Source of the DNA: Burkholderiales bacterium
GTDB taxonomy: Bacteria > Pseudomonadota > Gammaproteobacteria > Burkholderiales > SG8-39
Length of the DNA: 42,482 nt
Assembly (NCBI GenBank): GCA_035266805.1
Contig: DATFMS010000209.1
Location: 1-42,482 of the forward strand
Direction of reading: 5' to 3'
Shown piece after piece: positions 1 to 9,279 of the stretch. Under the pieces are notes generated by a model. That model made no database searches, had not been told where the DNA came from, and saw only the letters and a program-made list of their open reading frames with translations. The translations under genes and the position numbers were made by a program. Every line of letters starts with the position of its first letter. The first letter of the stretch is position 1.

Positions 1-1
1 C

Positions 2-790
2 CAGCAGATGGAGATCCTCGCGCCGCCGGGAATGGAGGAGCTGACCTCCCAGATCCAGGGCATGTTCCAGAACCTCGGCGGCGGGCGCAAGAAGCTGAGG
101 AAGCTGCGCATCCGCGAGGCGCTGCAGCTGCTCACGGACGAGGAGGCCGCGCGGCTGGTGAACGACGACGACCTGAAGGCGAAGGCGCTCGCCAACGCGG
201 AGCAGAACGGCATCGTCTTCCTGGACGAGATCGACAAGGTCGCCAGCCGCAGCGAGATCGGCGGCGCGGACGTCTCGCGCCAGGGCGTGCAGCGCGACCT
301 CCTGCCGCTGGTCGAGGGCACCACGGTGGCGACCAAGTACGGCATGGTGAAGACCGACCACATCCTGTTCATCGCCTCGGGCGCGTTCCACCTCGCCAAG
401 CCTTCGGACCTGATTCCCGAGCTGCAGGGGCGGCTGCCGATCCGGGTCGAGCTCGATTCGCTGTCGGTGGACGATTTCGAGCAGATCCTCGTCTCCACCG
501 ACGCGAGTCTGGTCAAGCAGTACCAGGCGCTGCTCGAGACCGAAGGGGTGACGCTCGAGTTCCGACCGGAGGGGGTCCGGCGCCTGGCGGAAATCGCCTA
601 CCAGGTGAACGAAAAGACCGAGAACATCGGCGCGCGGCGGCTCTACACCGTGCTCGAGAAGCTGCTGGAGGAGATATCGTTCGAGGCCGGCAAGCGCGGC
701 AAGGCGACGGTTACGATCGACGCGGCCTACGTCGACGCGAGGCTCGCCGAGCTGGCGCAGAACGAGGACCTGGCGCGCTACGTGCTGTGA
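2..790 (+). CDS. hslU: ATP-dependent protease ATPase subunit HslU, C-terminal part (5'-truncated by window edge)
   Basis: The frame of ORF 8..790 stays open to the window edge (CAG CAG precede the first Met). The product carries HslU/ClpY hallmarks: [10 protein letters not shown] (Walker B), [23 protein letters not shown], and [21 protein letters not shown] near the C-terminus. Confidence 0.93.
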   Translation, partial: QQMEILAPPGMEELTSQIQGMFQNLGGGRKKLRKLRIREALQLLTDEEAARLVNDDDLKAKALANAEQNGIVFLDEIDKVASRSEIGGADVSRQGVQRDLLPLVEGTTVATKYGMVKTDHILFIASGAFHLAKPSDLIPELQGRLPIRVELDSLSVDDFEQILVSTDASLVKQYQALLETEGVTLEFRPEGVRRLAEIAYQVNEKTENIGARRLYTVLEKLLEEISFEAGKRGKATVTIDAAYVDARLAELAQNEDLARYVL

Positions 791-993
791 GAGCCGGCAT
801 CGTGCGGGCCTTCGGCCTCGCCAAGCTGCCGCACCGCATCGCGCAAGAGCTTCATCTGCCGGTCGAAGTTGCCGCAGCCCTTGCAGATCGCGAAGTGAAC
901 GCGCAGCGCGACCCGTTCGCCGAAGCCGAGCTTGCGATCCAGTCCCTGCGAAACCAGGCGCGTCACCTCCCTGCACGGCATCATCAGTTTCAT
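778..993 (-). CDS. Soluble zinc-binding anti-sigma factor (ZAS / zf-HC2), 71 aa
   Basis: Within ORF 778..1038. Start placed at ATG 991-993 (MKLMMPC...) because it overlaps the sigma factor stop (ATGA at 990-993). No hydrophobic segment. C7, H33-x3-C37-x2-C40 form the HX3CX2C anti-sigma signature. Sits directly downstream of an ECF sigma gene. Confidence 0.7.
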   Translation of the reverse strand: MKLMMPCREVTRLVSQGLDRKLGFGERVALRVHFAICKGCGNFDRQMKLLRDAVRQLGEAEGPHDAGSHST

Positions 994-1568
994 TTTCGCG
1001 GCGACTCCTTCCCGCCGAACCATCCCTTCTCCAGGCAAAGCCGCAGCGCCATACGCGCGCGGTAAAGCATCACCCAGCAGTTGGTCGCGCTGATGCCGAG
1101 TTCCTTACAGATCTCCTCGGTTTCGAGTCCCATATGCTCGCGCATCATAAAGGCGCGCGCGGTCTTCGCCGACAGTTGCGCCAGGCAGGCCTCGAGCGCG
1201 GCGACGAACTGGGAGCGCTCGAGGGCGCTGTCGGGGCGCTCCCAGGCCGCGGGCGCGTCGGTCCAGTGGCCGCGCGGGTCGAACAGGGCGTCGAACTCGG
1301 AAGTGTCGTCCTCGGGCTCGATGGCCGTGGCCGGCTCGCGGCTCGAGCGCCGGATCGCGTCGACGATCTTGTGCTTCAGGATCCCGGTCAGCCAGGTGCG
1401 CAGGCTGGAGCGGCCGTCGTACCCCGCCTGGCCGGCGAGCGCCGCGAGCAGGGTCTCCTGCACGCAGTCCTCGGCCCGGTCGGCGTCGCGCAGCTGCAGG
1501 GTGGCGTAGCGCAGCAGGTAGTCGCGCTGGCCCTCGAGCTGGGCGTGGAAGTCGCTGGACGGTGGCAT
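990..1568 (-). CDS. ECF (group 4) RNA polymerase sigma-70 family factor
   Basis: Within ORF 990..1646. Start set at ATG 1566-1568 (MPPSSDFHAQ...), since the longer form would run across the hsp20 promoter. Region 2 (DCVQETLLAAL...LRTWLTGILKHKIVDAIRR) and region 4 HTH (TEEICKELGISATNCWVMLYRARMALRLCLE) are typical of ECF sigmas. Confidence 0.85.
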   Translation of the reverse strand: MPPSSDFHAQLEGQRDYLLRYATLQLRDADRAEDCVQETLLAALAGQAGYDGRSSLRTWLTGILKHKIVDAIRRSSREPATAIEPEDDTSEFDALFDPRGHWTDAPAAWERPDSALERSQFVAALEACLAQLSAKTARAFMMREHMGLETEEICKELGISATNCWVMLYRARMALRLCLEKGWFGGKESPRK

Positions 1569-1585
1569 AACGGGTGCCGGGGGGG

Positions 1586-1612
1586 TTGAAACGCGGCCGC
1601 CGCGCCCCATCT
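1586..1612 (+). promoter_or_regulatory. Sigma-32 (RpoH)-type heat-shock promoter for hsp20
   Basis: gTTGAAA (1586-1591), 13 nt, CCCCATCT (1605-1612). This matches the CTTGAAA-N13-15-CCCCATnT consensus, 46 nt upstream of the hsp20 ATG, and is followed by AAGGAGA as the SD. Confidence 0.7.
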
Positions 1613-1657
1613 GTGTCGCATTACAGGAACAGCTGACTACCCGCAAAGGAGACGCGT

Positions 1658-2083
1658 ATGAGCAATGTTACCCGATTCGACCCGTTCAACGACCTGGTCG
1701 ACGACCTGTTCAAGGGCTTCCTGGTGCGGCCGATGTACAACGAGGCCCGCGCCGAGCTGCCGCGAATGAAGGTCGACGTCGCCGAGAAGAACGGCGCCTA
1801 CTTGGTCAGTGCCGAGCTGCCCGGGGTGCGCAAGGAGGACATCCAGGTCACGATCGACGGCGCCCAGGTCACCCTGAGCGCCGAGGTCAAGCGCGAGAAA
1901 GAGGTCACCGAGGACGAGCAGGTGCTGCATTCCGAACGCCTGTTCGGCAAGGTAAGCCGCAGCTTCGCGCTGGCGCAGGAAATCGACGAGGCCAGTGCCG
2001 AGGCGAAGTTCCGCGACGGCGTGCTGGAGCTGACGCTGCCCAAGAAGGCGGCCGCGGCGCGCAAGCAGATCGCGATAAACTGA
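1658..2083 (+). CDS. Small heat-shock protein, Hsp20/alpha-crystallin family
   Basis: 141 aa. Alpha-crystallin domain pattern (MKVDVAEKNGAYLVSAELPGVRKEDIQVTIDGAQVTLSAE...FGKVSRSFALAQEIDEASAEAKFRDGVLELTLPK). Good SD, sigma-32 promoter upstream and a terminator downstream. Confidence 0.92.
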   Translation: MSNVTRFDPFNDLVDDLFKGFLVRPMYNEARAELPRMKVDVAEKNGAYLVSAELPGVRKEDIQVTIDGAQVTLSAEVKREKEVTEDEQVLHSERLFGKVSRSFALAQEIDEASAEAKFRDGVLELTLPKKAAAARKQIAIN

Positions 2084-2105
2084 CGCGACGGGCAGCGTGA
2101 CCGAA

Positions 2106-2134
2106 GGGCCGGCATCCGCCGGCCCTTTTTCTTT
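2106..2134 (+). terminator. Rho-independent terminator after hsp20
   Basis: GGGCCGGC-atcc-GCCGGCCC perfect 8-bp GC stem (2106-2125) followed by TTTTTCTTT. Confidence 0.85.
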
Positions 2135-2138
2135 GTAG

Positions 2139-3034
<896 letters not shown>

Positions 3035-3035
<1 letters not shown>

Positions 3036-3697
3036 TGCGCATCGCGCGTCTGCCGCCCTCGCGGCGGGTATGGATCTTCGACCTCGACAACACGCTGCAC
3101 GACGCGAACGCGCGCATCTTCCCGTCGATGCACGAGCAGATCAACGCATACCTGAGGCGTCACTTCGCGCTCGACGAGGAGGGGGCGAACGAGATGCGGC
3201 GCGGCTTCTGGCTGCGCTACGGCACGACCCTGAACGGGCTGATGCGTCACCACGGCACCGATCCGCGCCGCTTTCTGGCCGAGACGCACTGCTTTCCCGA
3301 GCTCGCCGACATGGTGGTGCACGAGAACGCCCTGCGCCACGCCCTGGCGCGGCTCGGGGGGCGCAAGCTGGTGTTCTCCAACGCGCCGCGGCATTACGTC
3401 GAAGGCGTGCTGCGCGCAATGGGCGTCGGGCGCTGGTTCGACGCGGTCTACACCATCGAGGACGCGCGCTTTCGCGGCAAGCCGGCGGCGCACGGCTTTC
3501 ACCTGCTGCTGCGCAAGCACGACCTCGATCCGCACCGCTGCGCGTTTTTGGACGACTCGCTCGAGAACCTGCGCACCGCCAAGCGCCTGGGCATGTCGAC
3601 GGTGTGGGTGAGCCGCGAAAAACGGCGCATATCCTTCGTCGACCTGCGGGTGGGGTCGGTGCTCGAGCTGCCTCGGCTCGTGTTCAGGTACGCTTGA
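3035..3697 (+). CDS. HAD-superfamily hydrolase, pyrimidine 5'-nucleotidase-like
   Basis: 220 aa. HAD motif I at WIFDLDNTLHDA, SNAP motif, C-terminal FLDDS motif. TAATG overlap with the argB stop. The argB-nucleotidase-slmA order is, as I recall, common in beta-proteobacteria. Confidence 0.75.
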
Positions 3698-3735
3698 GGC
3701 TAGAATCCGGACAGCTTCCCACCTCCGCCCCCACC

Positions 3736-4308
3736 ATGCCCCGCGCCAAAGGCGAACGCCGGCTCGAGATCCTGAAGACCCTCGCGCAGATGCTCGAGGC
3801 GCCGAAATGGGAGCGCATCACCACCGCCGCGCTGGCGGCGAAGCTCGACGTTTCCGAAGCCGCGCTGTACCGGCACTTCGCCTCCAAGGCGCAGATGTAC
3901 GAGGGCCTGATCGAATTCATCGAGGGCACCGTGTTCTCGCTCGCCAACCGAATTTCCGAGGACGAGGCGAGCGGTCGCCGCCAGACCGAGAAGCTGGTCG
4001 AGATGCTGCTCGCCTTCGCCGAAAAGAACCCCGGGATGGTGCGCGTGATGACCGGCGACGCGCTGGTCGGCGAGCATGAGCGGCTGCAGGCGCGGATGAA
4101 CCAGTTCTTTGACCGTTTCGAGGCCACCCTCAAGCAATCGCTGCGGCTCGCCGCGAGCCAAGGGCAGGGCGACGAGGCCGTGGCGGCGGCGAAGGCGGCG
4201 ACGCTGCTTTGTTACCTGCTTGGCAGCCTGCAGCAATTCGCCCGCAGCGGGTTCGCAAAGAAACCGACTGAATGCTTCGCCGCCCAGCGGCCCTATCTGC
4301 CGGCCTGA
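3736..4308 (+). CDS. slmA: Nucleoid occlusion factor SlmA (TetR family)
   Basis: The last 190 aa of ORF 3070..4308, starting at ATG 3736 (MPRAKGERRLEILKTLAQMLE...ITTAALAAKLDVSEAALYRHFASKAQMYEGLIEFIE). This is a SlmA-type N-terminal HTH. The upstream part of the ORF overlaps the HAD gene out of frame. Confidence 0.85.
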   Translation: MPRAKGERRLEILKTLAQMLEAPKWERITTAALAAKLDVSEAALYRHFASKAQMYEGLIEFIEGTVFSLANRISEDEASGRRQTEKLVEMLLAFAEKNPGMVRVMTGDALVGEHERLQARMNQFFDRFEATLKQSLRLAASQGQGDEAVAAAKAATLLCYLLGSLQQFARSGFAKKPTECFAAQRPYLPA

Positions 4309-5060
4309 GCTGCGACCGTCGCGCAGACGGCGCAGTCCGGATCCTTGCGCACTCGCACCGAGCGCCACTCGGCGCGCAGGGCGTCGAACATGAGCAGGCG
4401 CCCGCTCAAGGACTCGCCGACCCCCGTCAGCAGCTTGATCGCTTCCACCGCCTGCAGCGCGCCGACCGCTCCGGTAAGAGGCGCGAGCACGCCCATTACC
4501 GCGCAGCGCAGCTCGTCAGTCTCGCCGCCCTCGGGGAACAGGCAGGCGTAGCAAGGCGCTTCGCGCCGCCTGAGGTCGAATACCGCGATCTGCCCGTCGA
4601 AGCGGATCGCCGCGCCCGACACCAGCGGCCTGGCGTGCCGCACGCAGGCGCGGTTCACCGCGTGGCGGGTGGCGAAGTTGTCACTGCAGTCGAGCACGAC
4701 GTCAGCCTCGGCGACCCGGCGCTCGAGCGCCTCGCCCTCGAGGCGCTCGGCGAGCGGTACGACCGCCGCCGCCGGGTTGACCGCGGCGAGCGTCTTGCGC
4801 GCGGCCTCGACTTTCAATGCGCCGACGGCGTCGTCGCGGTAAAGGATCTGGCGTTGCAGGTTGGTGAGGTCGACGCGGTCCGGGTCGGCCAGAGTGAGCC
4901 GGCCGATCCCGCTCGAAGCGAGGTAAAGCGCCGCCGGGCAGCCCAGGCCGCCGGCGCCGATCACCAGCGCATGCGCCGCGCGCAGCCGCGCCTGGCCTTC
5001 GACTCCGATCTCCGGCAGCAGGATGTGCCGGCTGTAGCGCAGCAGCTGATCGTCGTCCAA
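4293..5060 (-). CDS. moeB: Molybdopterin-synthase adenylyltransferase MoeB (ThiF/HesA family)
   Basis: In ORF 4293..5231. LLRYSRHILLPEIGVEGQARL..VIGAGGLGCPAALYLASSGIG nucleotide-binding motif. Two Cys pairs (CYACLF, DPDCAVC). Start placed at the in-frame TTG 5058-5060 just after the ctp stop. No closer ATG/GTG, so the start is uncertain. Confidence 0.8.
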   Translation of the reverse strand: MDDDQLLRYSRHILLPEIGVEGQARLRAAHALVIGAGGLGCPAALYLASSGIGRLTLADPDRVDLTNLQRQILYRDDAVGALKVEAARKTLAAVNPAAAVVPLAERLEGEALERRVAEADVVLDCSDNFATRHAVNRACVRHARPLVSGAAIRFDGQIAVFDLRRREAPCYACLFPEGGETDELRCAVMGVLAPLTGAVGALQAVEAIKLLTGVGESLSGRLLMFDALRAEWRSVRVRKDPDCAVCATVAAQAGR

Positions 5061-5067
5061 CGTGGGA

Positions 5068-6465
5068 CTATTTGCCGGGCTGACCCTGAGCGACGGTCTT
5101 GGGCGGCACGCCCTTGACCGGCTCGCCCTTGAGGTACGCGAGCGCCTGTTCGAGCTGGAAATCGTCCTTCGAGCCGAACTCGACCGGCTTGGTGAGCCCC
5201 GGCTTGGCGAGCGCAGCCCTCTGCGCGGCATCGGGCAGGGGTTTGGCCTGCATGCTCGGGTCCTGGGGGTTGGCCAGGTGATGCTGCAGGTCCGCTTCGC
5301 GCAGGCGGGCTGCCGTATCGCCCGGCTCCTCGACCACGATGTCGGGTGTGATGCCCTTGAGCTGGATCGAGCGGCCGCTGGGCGTGTAGTAACGCGCGGT
5401 CGTCAGCTTGATCGCGGTATCGTCGTCGAGCGGCATGATCGTCTGCACCGAGCCCTTGCCGAAGGTCTGCGTGCCGATGATCGTGGCGCGTTTCTGGTCC
5501 TGCAGCGCGCCGGCGACGATTTCCGACGCGGACGCCGAGCCGCCGTTGACCAGCACCACCATCGGCACCGTCTTGACCGCCGCCGGCAGCGACTTGAGAA
5601 AGTCGTCGCTCTCGCCGCGCAGGTCGTCGGGAGTGGCGTGAAACTGCTTCTTGGCGTCTTCGGTACGGCCGTCGGTCGAAACGACGAGCGCGTCGGCCGG
5701 CAGGAAGGTCGAGGAAACGGCGACCGCGCCGTAGAGCAGCCCCCCGGGGTCGTTGCGCAGGTCGAGCACCAGCCCCTTGAGCGCCCCCTGGCGGTACATT
5801 TTCTGCAGCGCCTTGGCGAGGCTTTCCGCGGTGGCTTCCTGGAACTGCGACACCCGGATCCAGCCGTAGCCGGGTTGGATCATCTTCGACTTCACGCTGC
5901 GCACGTGGATGATCGCGCGCGTGAGCGTCACCACGATCGGCTGCGTCTCGCCCTTGCGCGAGATCGTCAGCGTGATCTTGGTATCGGGCTTGCCGCGCAT
6001 GCGCTTGACGGCGTCGTTCAGGCTCATGCCCTTGACCAGGGTCTGGTCGATCTTGACGATCAGGTCGCCCGGCTTGATGCCGGCGCGGAACGCCGGCGTG
6101 TCCTCGATCGGCGAGACCACCTTGACGAACCCGTCCTCCATGCCGACCTCGATGCCCAGTCCGCCGAACTGGCCCTGGGTGCCGACCTGCAGCTCGCGGT
6201 ACGCGTCCTTGTCGAGGTAGGCGGAATGCGGATCGAGGTCCGACAGCATGCCGTTGATCGCCCCCGTGATGAGCTTCTTGTCGTCGACCGGTTCGACGTA
6301 GTTCTGCTTGATCGCCCCGAATACGTTGGCGAACGCGCGCAGCTCCTCTACCGGAAGCGGTTGCGGGGCATCGCGGTCAGCGATGGCCTGGAGGTTGAGA
6401 CTGATCAGGATGCCGGCGACGATGCCGACCAGGACCAGCCCGAAATTGCGAAATCTGCTGCGCAT
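5068..6465 (-). CDS. ctpA: Carboxy-terminal processing peptidase (S41 family, PDZ-containing)
   Basis: ORF 5068..6525 with the start taken at M21 (MRSRFRNFGLVLVGIVAGILI, signal anchor). PDZ (GIKPGDLIVKID), GLVLDLRNDPGGLL, and GGSASASEIVAGALQD..TFGKGSVQ catalytic Ser/Lys motifs. Confidence 0.9.
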   Translation of the reverse strand: MRSRFRNFGLVLVGIVAGILISLNLQAIADRDAPQPLPVEELRAFANVFGAIKQNYVEPVDDKKLITGAINGMLSDLDPHSAYLDKDAYRELQVGTQGQFGGLGIEVGMEDGFVKVVSPIEDTPAFRAGIKPGDLIVKIDQTLVKGMSLNDAVKRMRGKPDTKITLTISRKGETQPIVVTLTRAIIHVRSVKSKMIQPGYGWIRVSQFQEATAESLAKALQKMYRQGALKGLVLDLRNDPGGLLYGAVAVSSTFLPADALVVSTDGRTEDAKKQFHATPDDLRGESDDFLKSLPAAVKTVPMVVLVNGGSASASEIVAGALQDQKRATIIGTQTFGKGSVQTIMPLDDDTAIKLTTARYYTPSGRSIQLKGITPDIVVEEPGDTAARLREADLQHHLANPQDPSMQAKPLPDAAQRAALAKPGLTKPVEFGSKDDFQLEQALAYLKGEPVKGVPPKTVAQGQPGK

Positions 6466-6506
6466 AGTGTTTGCTTTTCCTCGCGCGGCTCGTCGCCGCT
6501 GCGGAT

Positions 6507-7709
6507 TCATTTGCGGTCGACCCACGTCAGCGGGTCGAATGGTTTGCCGCGGTGCCGCAGTTCAAAGTATAAACCCGATTCCTGGCTGCCACCGGTGGCG
6601 CCAACGGTCGCGACTGGCTCGCCCGGCGCCACGACGTCGCCGACCTGCCTGAGCAGCGATTCATTGTTTGCATAGACGGACAGGTAGCCCTCGCCATGGT
6701 CGATAATGAGCAGGTTGCCGAAACCTCTCATCCAGTCTGCGAAAACGACCTGTCCGGCAGCGATGGCGCGCACCGGCTGGCCTTCGGCGGCACGGATGAA
6801 CAGACCCTTCAGGTTGATCCCGCCCGCCTGCCTTGGAGCGCCGAAACGGCCGATCAGTTCCCCGCGCACCGGCAGGCGCAGCTTGCCGCGCAGCTCGCCG
6901 AAGGCGCCTCCGGGGGAGCCGAGCTCCGGGACCCGCTCGATCCGCGCGTAGCCCCGCGGAGGCCTCGCCGCCAGAACCCGGCCGATTTCCTCGACCAGGC
7001 GCGACAAGCGCGCCTCGTCGGCGCGCAGGACTCCGATCTCCTTTCTGTCGTGTCGGATTTCGCTCGCGATTCGCGCCAGCACCCGGCGACGCTCGGCGCG
7101 CTCGGCGACGATGCGCTTGCGGTCGGCGCGCTGCGCCTGCTCCACTTCGGCCAGGCGTGCGGTCTTTTCGCGCGTTTTGGCGCGCACCTGCGCCAGATCG
7201 GCGAGCCCTGATCGAAACTGCTCCACCAGCTCGGCAACCGCGCGTGAAACATGTGACAGGTAATAGAGCTTGCGCGCCACTTCCGCTGGGTCTTCGCCCG
7301 ACAGGACGAGCCGCAAGGCGTCGGGCGCGCCGCCTTCGTGCCGCGCTTCGAGAACACGCCCGAGGGCATCCTGCTGCGCGGCGAGGTCCTTCTTGAGCGA
7401 CCGCTCCCGCGCTTCGAGTGCCTTTGAGTCGCGCCGCAGGGCCCGGCGCTCGCTCTCGAGCGTCGCCAGCGCCCTGTTGGCGTCCGAGATGGCGCGCTCG
7501 GAGTCTCGCAACGCGTCTCGCGCCTCGCGCCGCGACGCCATCTTTCGGTTCAATTCGGCGCTCAGCTTCTTGATGCGCGACCGCAGGTCCGCCAGATCGC
7601 GCTGCTTGGCGGCTTGCTCGGCGGCGCTCGCGGCCGGCGGCGGCGCGGCGTGCGCCCGTCCGCTCGACAGCGCCGCGACGACGAGGCAGGCGAGCAGCGC
7701 GGGCTTCAG
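6507..7709 (-). CDS. envC: Murein hydrolase activator EnvC-like protein (coiled coil + M23/LytM domain)
   Basis: C-terminal 400 aa of ORF 6507..8261. Signal peptide [21 protein letters not shown], a long Arg/Glu/Ala coiled coil, and a LytM domain ([48 protein letters not shown]...[15 protein letters not shown]). The only start that keeps the signal peptide is CTG 7707-7709, so the start is uncertain. Confidence 0.8.
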   Translation of the reverse strand: MKPALLACLVVAALSSGRAHAAPPPAASAAEQAAKQRDLADLRSRIKKLSAELNRKMASRREARDALRDSERAISDANRALATLESERRALRRDSKALEARERSLKKDLAAQQDALGRVLEARHEGGAPDALRLVLSGEDPAEVARKLYYLSHVSRAVAELVEQFRSGLADLAQVRAKTREKTARLAEVEQAQRADRKRIVAERAERRRVLARIASEIRHDRKEIGVLRADEARLSRLVEEIGRVLAARPPRGYARIERVPELGSPGGAFGELRGKLRLPVRGELIGRFGAPRQAGGINLKGLFIRAAEGQPVRAIAAGQVVFADWMRGFGNLLIIDHGEGYLSVYANNESLLRQVGDVVAPGEPVATVGATGGSQESGLYFELRHRGKPFDPLTWVDRK

Positions 7710-8467
7710 GCCTTTGCCTTGCCTTGGGCCGAGACCGCCGAAACGCGCCGAGCGACCTCGTCCTGGTCTCCGAGATAGTAGTGCCGGAGCGGCCGCAGCG
7801 AGGCGTCCAGCTCGTACACCAGCGGGATGCCGGTCGGGATATTGAGTCCGACGATATCGGTGTCGGACACCTGGTCCAGATACTTGACCAGCGCGCGCAG
7901 GGAGTTGCCGTGCGCGGCCACCAGCACCCGCTCGCCGGCGCGGATCGCCGGCGCGATCGCGCCGTTCCAGTACGGCATCACGCGCGCGACCGTATCCTTG
8001 AGGCACTCGGTCAGCGGCAGTCCCCCCGCGGCCAGTTGCGCGTAGCGTGGGTCCCCGGCCGGGCTGCGCGAGTCCCCCGGCTCCAGCGCCGGCGGTGGCG
8101 TGTCGTAGCTGCGCCGCCAGACGAGGACCTGCTGGTCGCCGAATTTGGCCGCGGTCTCGGCCTTGTTCAACCCCTGCAGGGCGCCGTAGTGGCGCTCGTT
8201 CAGGCGCCAGCTCTTGTCGACCGGGAGCCACATGAGGTCCATTTCGTCGAGCGCCAGCCAAAGCGTGCGGATGGCACGCTTGAGCACCGAGGTGAAAGCG
8301 TGGTCGAAGTTGTATTGCTCCTCGCGCAGCAATCGGCCTGCGGCGCGCGCTTCCTCGACGCCTTTGGCCGAAAGGTCGACGTCGGTCCAGCCGGTGAAAC
8401 GGTTCTCGCGGTTCCAGTCGGACTCGCCGTGGCGCAGGAGAACCAGCTTGTGGACGGCAGCTTGCAT
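7706..8467 (-). CDS. gpmA: 2,3-bisphosphoglycerate-dependent phosphoglycerate mutase
   Basis: ORF 7706..8530 with the start at M22 ([33 protein letters not shown]). RHG catalytic motif, ERHYGALQG, and [10 protein letters not shown]. Confidence 0.95.
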   Translation of the reverse strand: MQAAVHKLVLLRHGESDWNRENRFTGWTDVDLSAKGVEEARAAGRLLREEQYNFDHAFTSVLKRAIRTLWLALDEMDLMWLPVDKSWRLNERHYGALQGLNKAETAAKFGDQQVLVWRRSYDTPPPALEPGDSRSPAGDPRYAQLAAGGLPLTECLKDTVARVMPYWNGAIAPAIRAGERVLVAAHGNSLRALVKYLDQVSDTDIVGLNIPTGIPLVYELDASLRPLRHYYLGDQDEVARRVSAVSAQGKAKA

Positions 8468-8491
8468 CGAAAGGCGCTCGGGTTGTGAAGG

Positions 8492-8503
8492 TATTCTATA
8501 ATA
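8492..8503 (+). promoter_or_regulatory. AT-rich patch with TATAAT hexamer and near-palindrome in the gpmA/arsR divergent spacer (possible -10 / operator)
   Basis: TATTCTATAATA (8492-8503) is an 11/12 palindrome containing TATAAT (8497-8502), 31 nt upstream of the ArsR-family ATG. No convincing -35 at 17 bp. Confidence 0.25.
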
Positions 8504-8532
8504 GGTCTTCTTCGCACCGCACTTACCCAATA

Positions 8533-8853
8533 ATGAAGCGCGACGTTTTCGATCTGATCGAGAAACAGGAGCATATCGAGCAAGCGGCGCGCGCGCTGAA
8601 GGCGATTGCGCATCCCTTGCGCCTCAAGATTCTTTGCGTGCTGGGACCGAACGAAGTTGGCGTACAGGAAATCGTGGAGGCGGTTGGCACGTCGCAGTCG
8701 AACATCTCGCAACACCTCGCGATCCTGCGCGACAAGGGCGTGCTGCGCGCGCGCAAGGAAGCGAACCGGGTATTTTACCGCGTGAGCGACGAGCGCACGC
8801 TGCAGCTGATAGGCTCGATGCGCGAGGTGTTCTGCGGCGTCGCGCAGGACTGA
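8533..8853 (+). CDS. ArsR/SmtB-family transcriptional regulator, two-Cys SqrR/BigR/YgaV-like
   Basis: ORF 8485..8853 with the start at M17 (MKRDVFDL...). Winged HTH at [14 protein letters not shown]....[28 protein letters not shown]. Only two Cys, C35 and C101, 66 residues apart. Confidence 0.85.
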   Translation: MKRDVFDLIEKQEHIEQAARALKAIAHPLRLKILCVLGPNEVGVQEIVEAVGTSQSNISQHLAILRDKGVLRARKEANRVFYRVSDERTLQLIGSMREVFCGVAQD

Positions 8854-8864
8854 GCGCGCTCGCT

Positions 8865-9278
8865 ATGACATTCCAGTTCGTCAGGGACAATCTGCTGCTT
8901 TTCGCGATCGCGTTCATATCGGGTGGGATGCTGCTGTGGCCGTTGATCCGGCGCGGCACCGGGGGGCCGTGGGCCAGCACGCTCGAGGCGACACAGATGA
9001 TCAATCGCCAGGACGCGCTGGTGATCGACGTGCGGGAAGACGCCGATTACGCCAAGGGCCACATCGTGGGCGCGCGCCATATTCCGCTCGGTCAGCTCGA
9101 GGCGCGCGCAAAAGAGCTGCAGAAATACAAATCGAAGCCGGTGATCACGTGCTGTGAGACCGGCAACCGTTCCTCGGCGGCGATGGCGACGCTGAGGAAA
9201 CTCGGATTCGAGAACGTGTACAACCTCGCGGGCGGCTACGCAGGCTGGCAGCAGGCAGGCCTGCCGGTGGAGAAGTGA
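8865..9278 (+). CDS. Membrane-anchored rhodanese-domain sulfurtransferase (YibN-like)
   Basis: In ORF 8634..9278, ATG at 8865 (MTFQFVRDNLLLFAIAFISGGMLLWPLI is an N-terminal TM helix). Rhodanese fold with active-site loop CCETGNRS. Position upstream of grxC-secB-gpsA matches E. coli yibN. Confidence 0.85.
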   Translation: MTFQFVRDNLLLFAIAFISGGMLLWPLIRRGTGGPWASTLEATQMINRQDALVIDVREDADYAKGHIVGARHIPLGQLEARAKELQKYKSKPVITCCETGNRSSAAMATLRKLGFENVYNLAGGYAGWQQAGLPVEK

Positions 9279-9279
9279 C

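Noticed and set aside
1626-1630. GGAAC (ECF -35-like) just upstream of hsp20
   Set aside because: No suitable -10 follows at 16-17 nt (that position is the SD), and it is only 28 nt from the ATG.
1569-1646. Longer start (1646) for the ECF sigma
   Set aside because: It would place coding sequence over the sigma-32 promoter and leader of hsp20. The added 26 residues are not sigma-like.
3070-3735. N-terminal 222-aa extension of the slmA reading frame
   Set aside because: It overlaps the HAD nucleotidase gene out of frame and is Arg/Ala-rich. A SlmA-length protein starts at ATG 3736.
5062-6675. 537-aa ORF on the plus strand
   Set aside because: It is antisense to the clearly recognisable S41 peptidase and envC genes. 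The product is Arg/Ala/Gly/Leu-rich with no family motifs. Long stop-free antisense frames are expected at this G+C content.
7710-8261. N-terminal 184-aa extension of the envC reading frame
   Set aside because: It lies entirely inside gpmA in another frame and is Arg/Gly/Pro-rich.
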